A model generated the notes under the pieces. That model had not been told where the DNA came from and ran no database searches. It was given only the letters and a program-made list of their open reading frames with translations. From Promethearchaeota archaeon (GTDB taxonomy: Archaea; Asgardarchaeota; Hermodarchaeia; Hermodarchaeales; Hermodarchaeaceae): a stretch of DNA of 33,179 bases. Below, piece after piece: positions 1 through 7,084 of this stretch. The number at the start of each line of letters is the position of its first letter. Positions within the stretch are counted from its first letter, which is position 1. The stretch spans positions 1-33,179 of the forward strand of contig JBHLMG010000025.1 of the NCBI GenBank assembly GCA_048938385.1. Reading direction: 5' to 3'. Both the position numbers and the translations under genes were made by a program.

Positions 1-30
1 CTCACCATTGTCGTGTGAAGGTGTTCTTCA

Positions 31-420
31 ATGGAAACAAGGCAGCTGAGCCGTCAGCTTGGAAAGATTCTACTTACCTGGAGCATATCGAGTGGTGTAG
101 TTGGTGCAGTGTTACTCTTTGTTCCGATTGGGTTGCTTCAAGGAATTGGGCTACAGGCGTTGTTGTGGGGGATCATTGATGCTGTGATTGCGGTATTCGG
201 AGTTTTCCGGGTAAAGGAGCAAACCGCTGCGATGGCGGCTAAGTTTCTTCGAATAAATGTGTACTTGGATGTCGTCTATCAGCTCGTGGGAATCTTGTTA
301 GTTATTTTCATGTGGATTGATGCCTTTCTTTTCGGTAATGGGATTGGTATCATACTTCAAGGCGTGTTCCTGTTCGTGTTGGACCTTCACTTCTACCGTA
401 GGTTCAAAGTGATGGCTTAA
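31..420 (+). CDS. Small integral membrane protein (about 4 TM; DUF6992-like)
   Basis: Four hydrophobic segments; motifs WGIIDAVIA, NVYLDVVY, QGVFLFVLD; SD-like AAGGTG upstream of ATG. Family name from recall only. Confidence 0.7.
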   Translation: METRQLSRQLGKILLTWSISSGVVGAVLLFVPIGLLQGIGLQALLWGIIDAVIAVFGVFRVKEQTAAMAAKFLRINVYLDVVYQLVGILLVIFMWIDAFLFGNGIGIILQGVFLFVLDLHFYRRFKVMA

Positions 421-484
421 CATTTGTCTGAGCTTGAGGAAAACAATCGAGTTTTCGTAGTGGTCTTCTCAAAGGATTTACAAT

Positions 485-1966
485 TTAACGCTTCTCTAGT
501 TCTTCGATTCGGGTTAGGGTCCATCTGCCCTTTTCGGTTAGGTCATAGTAGTGTCTGAGGGATTTGCGATAGGTTTGCACAGAGCGGGTTCGTGTAATAA
601 GGCCGGAGCGTGTCAGTTCGTTCAAATGCTGGTACACACTAGTTACAGAGACTTCGACGCCCGTTTTGACCATCAATGTTTTCCAAATGGCATAGCCATA
701 CGATTCTTTGCTCTGGAGGATCTTGAGGATGTGGAGTTTGGTTTCCCCAATTTTTGTTGTGTATTTTCGTTTTTCAACGCGACCTAGAAGTTGTTCTAAG
801 GTTCTATGGCCTTTCACGATGATTTGGGCGATTTCTGGGTATTTTAGTCCCATCCCGGTAATAACGCAGATGATTTTGTCTCCTGGTTCAATCGCCTGGT
901 CTCTAACTATTTGATATAACGCGGCAACGGTTGCCGCTGATGCAGGTTCAGCAAACACTCCCTCCGAACTTGCCAATGAACTGACAGCGTTTAAAATTTC
1001 ACTATCTGAAACTGAAATGGTGAAGCCCTTGGATTCACGAATTGCCTCTATGGCTAGTTTTCCACACGAAGGGTTCTTCATTCCTATATCAATAGCGATG
1101 GTCGTCGTCCTTGTTGAAGGTTCCACGGTGGTGCTGCCTTTTTGGAAGGCGCTAACAATGGGGGCACAACCTTTAGCTTGTACGCCGATGAGTTTTGGCA
1201 GGGGCTTTTCCATCCATCCAAGTAATTGTAATTCTTTAACCGCCTTCCAAATCATTGAGATGTGGCAACCATTCCCCATTGGTACAATTATCCAGTCTGG
1301 GGGAATCCAATTTAGCTGTTCACAAATTTCATAGCCGGTGGTTTTAATGCCCTCAAGAAAGTAAGGACTATGACCGATGATCGGGTGGGCACGGTGCGCC
1401 TGTTCTTGAATTCGGACCTCTCCCTCCTCCCGATTTTTTACGATTTCTAGATTTGGTTGATAGGCGATTATTTGGTAGAGTTTGCCAATATCGACTCTTT
1501 GGGGAACAAATACTTGGCTTTTCATTCCGGCTTTTGCAGCGTATGCAACAACTGAGGCTGCTAGATTACCTGACGAGCCGCATGAGACAGTTTTGAAACC
1601 AAGCTCCTTCGCTTTTGATATTTCAACGCTTGTTCCGCGGTCAATGAAGGATCCTGTTGGGTTGGTGGTTTCATCCTTCAAGTAGAGGTATCGCAAGCCC
1701 AGCTTCGTGGTCAGGCGGTCGCATTCATGCAGAAAGGTCCCTCCCTCACCCAAAGAAACCAAGTTCCGTCTATCTATTACCGGAAGCAATTCAAAATACT
1801 TCCAAACTCCAGGTTCTCTGCTTGTCACGGAGGAAATGTCAATTTGGTTGCGGATCACCTCAAAATCGTAAACGACCTCGAACACACCCCTACATTGAGG
1901 ACACACCTGCGATGGAGGAGTGTGGTCTTTTTCCAAGCCACACTTTGAACATCGTAGAATTGGCAT
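485..1966 (-). CDS. Threonine synthase-like (fold-type II PLP) protein lacking the catalytic Lys, fused to C-terminal PadR-like winged HTH
   Basis: N-terminal CxxC..CxxC, SLGEGGT, KDETTNPTGSFIDRG (canonical NPTGSFKDRG), SSGNLAAS, PMGNG, EPASAATVA, TGMGLK; C-terminal ILKILQSKESYGYAIWK..SVYQHLNELTRSGLI..RHYYDLTEKG is a PadR-type wHTH. Confidence 0.92.
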   Translation of the reverse strand: MPILRCSKCGLEKDHTPPSQVCPQCRGVFEVVYDFEVIRNQIDISSVTSREPGVWKYFELLPVIDRRNLVSLGEGGTFLHECDRLTTKLGLRYLYLKDETTNPTGSFIDRGTSVEISKAKELGFKTVSCGSSGNLAASVVAYAAKAGMKSQVFVPQRVDIGKLYQIIAYQPNLEIVKNREEGEVRIQEQAHRAHPIIGHSPYFLEGIKTTGYEICEQLNWIPPDWIIVPMGNGCHISMIWKAVKELQLLGWMEKPLPKLIGVQAKGCAPIVSAFQKGSTTVEPSTRTTTIAIDIGMKNPSCGKLAIEAIRESKGFTISVSDSEILNAVSSLASSEGVFAEPASAATVAALYQIVRDQAIEPGDKIICVITGMGLKYPEIAQIIVKGHRTLEQLLGRVEKRKYTTKIGETKLHILKILQSKESYGYAIWKTLMVKTGVEVSVTSVYQHLNELTRSGLITRTRSVQTYRKSLRHYYDLTEKGRWTLTRIEELEKR

Positions 1967-1988
1967 CGAGTGTGCTTTCTTTCGCCTA

Positions 1989-2010
1989 TATATAAGTAAT
2001 TACTTATATA
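1989..2010. promoter_or_regulatory. Perfect 22-bp palindrome TATATAAGTAATTACTTATATA; candidate operator overlapping TATA-box position
   Basis: Exact self-reverse-complement, separated by 22 nt from the ATG (1966) of the ThrC-like/PadR gene, in a divergent intergenic region. Confidence 0.75.
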
Positions 2011-2148
2011 GTGCCTTCATCCTCCTTCACCTTGCTGGGGTTGTCTAAAGTGACTACGATACAGCTCAATTCGCCTAAAGAAGAAAGTATTGAATTCTCA
2101 CAACCTAGGGTTCTCAATGCCTATTCGGGTTGGGGTGTACGCAATTTT

Positions 2149-2664
2149 GTGTTTTATCGGTCAACTGTGTTTTTTGCGCTCACAATTGTATTTACGGCGT
2201 TGACGACGGTTGCGACGCTTTTGCTTGTTATCCCTTTCCCTGCGACTTCTGGGTACTTCAACTTGGGGGATTCACTGGTAATGATCAGCGGTCTCCTTTT
2301 GGGTCCAGTTGGAGGGTTCATAGCTGGTGGAACGGGGTCTGCTCTTGCAGATATGGTTGCATATCCTCATTTTGCTCCAATCACATTCATTGTAAAAGGC
2401 TGTGAAGGTTTGGTGGTCGGGCTATTTAGTCAGCAAATCAAAGCCGTGTCTCGAATTCACCTTCGTGATATCCTTGGTCTCCTGTTAGGTGCGTGTGTTA
2501 TGCTACTGGGGTACTTTGTAGCTGAGGCGTTTCTTTTTGGTTGGGAAGCTGCGTTACTGGAATTAGTCTGGGTGAATTCGATCCAAGTTACCGTTGGAAT
2601 ATTTGTCGCACTTTCAGTTGGGTCAGTTGTTAGGAAATATCTAGTTTCAGCTCTGGTTCTGTAA
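2149..2664 (+). CDS. ECF transporter S component (HmpT/PdxU-like group)
   Basis: IPFPATSGYFNLGDS..GLLLGPVGGFIAGGTGSALAD..APITFIVKGCEG; several TM helices. Start moved from 2011 to in-frame GTG 2149 with SD-like GGGGTG at about 2132-2137, giving 171 aa. Confidence 0.88.
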   Translation: MFYRSTVFFALTIVFTALTTVATLLLVIPFPATSGYFNLGDSLVMISGLLLGPVGGFIAGGTGSALADMVAYPHFAPITFIVKGCEGLVVGLFSQQIKAVSRIHLRDILGLLLGACVMLLGYFVAEAFLFGWEAALLELVWVNSIQVTVGIFVALSVGSVVRKYLVSALVL

Positions 2665-2696
2665 TTGAAAGGTGCCGAATCACGCAATTCACGAGC

Positions 2697-2957
2697 GTGG
2701 ATTTTCTGGTTCCTTTTCGATGCATCCAGTCGCTCGCAGTTGACCCTAGGTTCCAAAGGCGAAGGGTTAGGTATCGTTTAGTGAAAGTGCTTGAAAAACA
2801 CGCTCGTGAATTCAAATGTAATAAATTATTCGTGCAGACAGCCTGGGCAATGTTTGAAGCAATTAAGCTTTATTGGCGATTGGGATTTAGCTTAGAAGGT
2901 TACCATTCAAGGCAATTCCTGGGAGAAGATCTGTTCTCGTTTGGGAAAATTCTGTAA
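2697..2957 (+). pseudogene. Truncated GNAT acetyltransferase (C-terminal half only)
   Basis: IQSLAVDPRFQRRRVRYRLV (degenerate motif A) and AIKLYWRLGF (motif B); no room for the N-terminal half after the ECF stop at 2664. Confidence 0.6.
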
Positions 2958-2988
2958 CTTTCGTATCCTCAGAAATGGTCGTGATAAC

Positions 2989-3849
2989 ATGCCTCCTCCT
3001 CAACCTCCTACGGGTTTGCAAATTCGCAATATGCAATTCTCTGACTTCGATTTTATTGTAGAGCTGTTTCGTTCGCTAAGTTGGACGACAACGCGACAGG
3101 ATCTCGAGACCCTGCTGTTATACGATCCTTGTGGCTGTTTTGTGGCTGAACTAAAAGGAGAGCAAGTCGGTTCTGTAACCACTACCAAATACACTCATTT
3201 TGGATGGGTCGGCATGTTACTCGTTAAGGAAGCTCTTCGCCGGCGGCGAATAGGAACCACTCTGATGAAAACAGCTATTCGCTATCTATTCGACGAAGGA
3301 ATGTCTACTGTTAATCTCGAAGCCGATCCCTCAGGGGTCCCGCTGTACGAATACTTAGATTTCCAAAAAGAGTATGATTCGTTACGATGGTATCGAGAAG
3401 GTCCAAGCCTTCCTCAAACTACAGGAATCCGACAAGCAACCTTAGACGATATTCATCTCCTCTTCCCCCTCGATCGAAGGGCTTTCGGTGATGAGCGTAG
3501 CCGACTTCTTACTCTGTTATTTGAATGCTCGCGTTTTACGCTGGTGTTAGAGGATAAGCCAGAATGCGGGATGCTTATGGCCCGGGACTCTCCGCACGGG
3601 ACTATCTTTGGCCCGTTCATTGCCGACAGTATAGTTGTTGCTGACCAATTGTTACAAGCTGGACTCAGTCTACAAAAAAGTCAGACAGTAATAGTAGGGA
3701 TACCAAGTACTCATCAAGAGGCTATCTCCTTATTGAAGCGATACGGTTTCGAATGTAAAGCTGTGCTTAGCAGGATGTTTTTGGGAAAAGAGCCCACAAA
3801 AGGCGATTCCAGCCTGGAATATGGGATTGGAACATCTGCCACCGGATAA
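2989..3849 (+). CDS. GNAT family N-acetyltransferase (YitH-like, tandem domain)
   Basis: GWVGMLLVKEALRRRRIGTTLM motif A, GVPLYEYLDF motif B; second domain DRRAFGDERSRLL..FGPFIAD; ATG at 2989 preferred to TTG 2941. Confidence 0.88.
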   Translation: MPPPQPPTGLQIRNMQFSDFDFIVELFRSLSWTTTRQDLETLLLYDPCGCFVAELKGEQVGSVTTTKYTHFGWVGMLLVKEALRRRRIGTTLMKTAIRYLFDEGMSTVNLEADPSGVPLYEYLDFQKEYDSLRWYREGPSLPQTTGIRQATLDDIHLLFPLDRRAFGDERSRLLTLLFECSRFTLVLEDKPECGMLMARDSPHGTIFGPFIADSIVVADQLLQAGLSLQKSQTVIVGIPSTHQEAISLLKRYGFECKAVLSRMFLGKEPTKGDSSLEYGIGTSATG

Positions 3850-4129
3850 TTCTTCCATCGCCTCAATCGTTCTACTACTTGACCTGCTGAGTATTGTAAT
3901 TTTTGGAATAATTCTACTGGGTCAGATGGTAACATCTTGGTAAATGATTGGTACAACACTCATCATTTTAGCAACCATCTTAGTCGCAACAAAAGAGAAA
4001 TCCTTCCCAAAGACCAGCTGAGGGTCTCTGATGTGCCGGGTTTGGTATACTTCTTTTGTATTATTAACTAGGCGTTTTATCCTATATCCTAAAAAGGGGA
4101 GGATGTGAAAAGGATGTGGGATTGGTCGT

Positions 4130-4756
4130 TTGTCGACTGGCGAGTTTAATAGGTTAATTGAAGATTGGCGGAAGGGTAAGAAACGAGGGCTTTGGAGGGA
4201 TGTTTTTTCAGAAAATCGTAAAGGCTATCAGCGCTTCGTTGCTACTGTGGCGGGTCAATACCTTCCTCGTATCCGCGATTTTGTTACCTATGATCATTCA
4301 ACTCAAAAAATGGCATTGAAGGCATGGAAAGTTCTGGTTGCTGAACTGGAAGATGATTTACGGATGCTAGATGCCTTTGATCCAAAAGGTAGTACGGCAT
4401 TTTTTGCCGCGGTGTTACTGGCAGAGGGCATCCTTCGCAATAAGATGGCGGTGAAAGCCTTTGAAGGCGGGGAAGCTGCTCCCACGGATTCGTTTGGAAA
4501 TCCTGAATTCATTAGTGGTATGGCTGCATGTCTGGACACAGTCATAGATCAGACCTATCAGGCTCTTCGCGGATTGACGGGAATCGATTTGCACCTATCA
4601 TTAGTGAGAAGAGCATCCCAGCGGCTTCATACCGCATTAATTCAGGGAGCGGTGAAAAGTCTCAATGATATGAAGACGCTGTTGCTTCCTCAGTTAACGG
4701 TGGTTGAAATGGAACTCGAAAAGTTCTACATTGCTTCCCAAGATTCACTGAAATGA
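4130..4756 (+). CDS. Hypothetical alpha-helical protein
   Basis: 208-aa ORF with TTG start, protein-like composition, fills the gap; no recognisable motif. Confidence 0.7.
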   Translation: MSTGEFNRLIEDWRKGKKRGLWRDVFSENRKGYQRFVATVAGQYLPRIRDFVTYDHSTQKMALKAWKVLVAELEDDLRMLDAFDPKGSTAFFAAVLLAEGILRNKMAVKAFEGGEAAPTDSFGNPEFISGMAACLDTVIDQTYQALRGLTGIDLHLSLVRRASQRLHTALIQGAVKSLNDMKTLLLPQLTVVEMELEKFYIASQDSLK

Positions 4757-4995
4757 CCAGTTGTTCTAACTAGGTTACACCAAGACTCTTGGGTCATCGA
4801 AAGGGTTGGCAGGAAATTCCTACCTCCTTTCACGAATTCAACGGTATTTTACCCCTCAAGTATCTCGGAACAAAATGGGTTCTCCAATTAGTTGTGTAAA
4901 AACCTTTTTCTGCGCTCTTTCTAATCGTTGGTTGAAGTTAAGCGACAGATTGGCTTTCGGTTAACCCTAGCTGCTCTCTTGGAAGGTGTGTCATT

Positions 4996-6006
4996 ATTCC
5001 ACGGGGACTTGTACTTAGTCATTGGGACACTAAAGAAGGACTCGTGGTGCTAGCAAAACACCCTGCATCCTTAGAGGTCAATCTCAACGACCTTTCAATG
5101 ATGTACTATACCTGTGCTCACGATGAACCCGGATCTGTTTTTCAGGTGTTCCCAACAAAAGATGTGGCAGAACGGGCTGCAGTGACCTGTTTGCGTGCCG
5201 AGCGTGAGGGATTGGATAACGATTTCTGTGTAACGGCATTGTTGACTAAGGAAGAAGAAGGATCCGTATACGAAGCAATTCTCATCGAAACGCTGCAACG
5301 CATCCTCAAATCTGACATTGCGCCCAGCCGACGCTTACGCCGGTACAAGGCGATTCTTGCTGATAGTTATCGAAAAATCGAACGCCGCGGCGGATCTCGG
5401 GACCAGTCGCTTTGCCCGTACATGTATGAACGCCCAATGACCAACGATGACCTTACTTCTTTTTGTCGGGTCGTCAAGAAGCAATGCTACCTCACATGTT
5501 ATGATATGCCAGGGTATCCTCAATGTCCTAGATATGTCCGGCGCCAACGACAAATTCAAATTGAAAATGCCCGACGCTTAGTCCGTGCTGGGATCCAACG
5601 GATTCTTGAAGAGCACGATCAACAAAGGCAAAAAGATGCAAGTACTAAACCTGGAGCATGGGCGGAACCGGTTCATACTATTTTGGATCGCTTATTCGCT
5701 GTGCTCGATCTTTCCCCTGAGACCGAAACCTATGCTCACAAAATAATAGATCAAGTCGGAAAGGAAGGTCTTTTTCAGGGACATCCCCGTCCCATTATAG
5801 CTGCCTCTATCGCCTATTATAGTGCCAAACACACTGGTGACTCACTACCCGAAAACGATATAATCGAACTGGTCGGTTGTTCACGCACATCTCTTCGGCG
5901 TAACTACCGCGAACTTCGTATGCTTCTCAACTCAGAGGCAACCACACAGCCCAAACAACGACGGCGTCCAAAACAAAAACATACCCCGGTCACTCGCGCC
6001 GAATAA
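4996..6006 (+). CDS. Longin/uDENN-like domain + Cys cluster + single TFIIB/TFB cyclin-like repeat fusion
   Basis: Frame is open upstream of GTG 5044 and reads (I)PRGLVLSHWDTKEGLVVLAKHP, matching the N-terminus of the 7085 protein; C-x16-C-x6-C-x3-C-x8-C; C-terminal ILDRLFAVLDLS..GLFQGHPRPIIAASIAYYSA..DIIELVGCSRTSLRRNYREL resembles the TFB C-terminal repeat. Confidence 0.8.
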   Translation: MPRGLVLSHWDTKEGLVVLAKHPASLEVNLNDLSMMYYTCAHDEPGSVFQVFPTKDVAERAAVTCLRAEREGLDNDFCVTALLTKEEEGSVYEAILIETLQRILKSDIAPSRRLRRYKAILADSYRKIERRGGSRDQSLCPYMYERPMTNDDLTSFCRVVKKQCYLTCYDMPGYPQCPRYVRRQRQIQIENARRLVRAGIQRILEEHDQQRQKDASTKPGAWAEPVHTILDRLFAVLDLSPETETYAHKIIDQVGKEGLFQGHPRPIIAASIAYYSAKHTGDSLPENDIIELVGCSRTSLRRNYRELRMLLNSEATTQPKQRRRPKQKHTPVTRAE

Positions 6007-6027
6007 AATGAAGGAGAAAACCCCTGC

Positions 6028-6897
6028 ATGATTCACAATGTTTTCATCATGACCCGAGATGGGCGCATTGCCTATCACCGTCAATATTGGCCAGTCGACA
6101 TCACTCCAGAAGACCGCCAAGAATTCATCGCTACTTACAAACAATTCGAAAGTGAACTAGGTCCAACTGTCGATCTCCCCATCCATGTGAAAAACATTAA
6201 ATTTCTCTACACCGATGCCGGTACTAACCTCCTCTTAGTCTTTGGTGTCGACATCTCTGATGAGGATGTAAAAATCCAAGAACACCTGAAAAAAGCCCGA
6301 GAACTCCTCGTCGAGAAATTCGGTCACGAAATTGATGCCTACATCCAAACCCCCGTTCCTGCTGGTAAAGCTTTCCTAGGTTTTGGCAAAGAGCTAGACG
6401 CTGTCATCGTGACCATGCTCAAGGTTTGCCTTCTTGGTCAAGGCGGTGTAGGCAAATCCACCATGCTCAAACTCCTTACCGCTGACAGCATCCCTGGCGA
6501 ATACTTCCCTACCATCGCCGTTGACATCGAAACTCTCAAAGGTGTGCGTTTTGGTCCCTATGAACTCGCTGTCTGGGATTTCGCTGGTCAAGACCGCTTC
6601 CGTTCCCTCTGGAATTACTACCTTCGTAACGCTGACGCCGTTCTACTCGTCACTGATTCCACTCTCAAAAATGTCCTTGAAACCCGCGATATCCTTGAAG
6701 TCGTCCGCAAAAATGCCCCCTCCGCCATTGTCTGGAGCATCGCCAACAAGCAAGATCTTCCCGGCGCGCTCGCCCCCAAACTCGTCCAGCGCATTCTAGG
6801 CGTCCAATCGTATGGTCTCGTAGCAATTGATCCCCGCTATCGAGAAACCCTCTACAAAATCATCATGGGTGCTGTCGCCGAAGCAACCACCGATTAA
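6028..6897 (+). CDS. Longin domain-Arf-like small GTPase fusion
   Basis: N-terminal MIHNVFIMTRDGRIAYHRQY (AP-sigma/longin-type start); G1 GQGGVGKS, G2 PTI, G3 WDFAGQ followed by RFRSLWNYY, G4 ANKQDLPGA (Arf-like context). Confidence 0.92.
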   Translation: MIHNVFIMTRDGRIAYHRQYWPVDITPEDRQEFIATYKQFESELGPTVDLPIHVKNIKFLYTDAGTNLLLVFGVDISDEDVKIQEHLKKARELLVEKFGHEIDAYIQTPVPAGKAFLGFGKELDAVIVTMLKVCLLGQGGVGKSTMLKLLTADSIPGEYFPTIAVDIETLKGVRFGPYELAVWDFAGQDRFRSLWNYYLRNADAVLLVTDSTLKNVLETRDILEVVRKNAPSAIVWSIANKQDLPGALAPKLVQRILGVQSYGLVAIDPRYRETLYKIIMGAVAEATTD

Positions 6898-7084
6898 TAG
6901 TTCCTTTAATTTCGACAAAGGGTTAGTTGCGAAAAATTACAGAAAGTAACAACACGAATCTTCTTTACAGCTAATCCGACAAACAAGTTAAATACGGGAA
7001 ATCTGATAGTCAAGACGAAGTGCTAGTAGGTCACTTTAAAGAAGAAAGGTTCAGATATTATTTAAGCAAACGGGAGATTGAACA

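Noticed and set aside
2011-2148. N-terminal 46 codons of the ECF ORF
   Set aside because: Not S-component-like, runs through the promoter region, and a better SD/GTG exists at 2149.
3714-4110. Minus-strand open frames between the GNAT and the 4130 gene as a gene or remnant
   Set aside because: They overlap the GNAT 3' end or lack a start; no recognisable motif.
4754-4830. TGA plus downstream stems as Sec recoding/SECIS
   Set aside because: The frame closes again within a few codons (TAA), there is no redox motif, and I see no convincing SECIS core.
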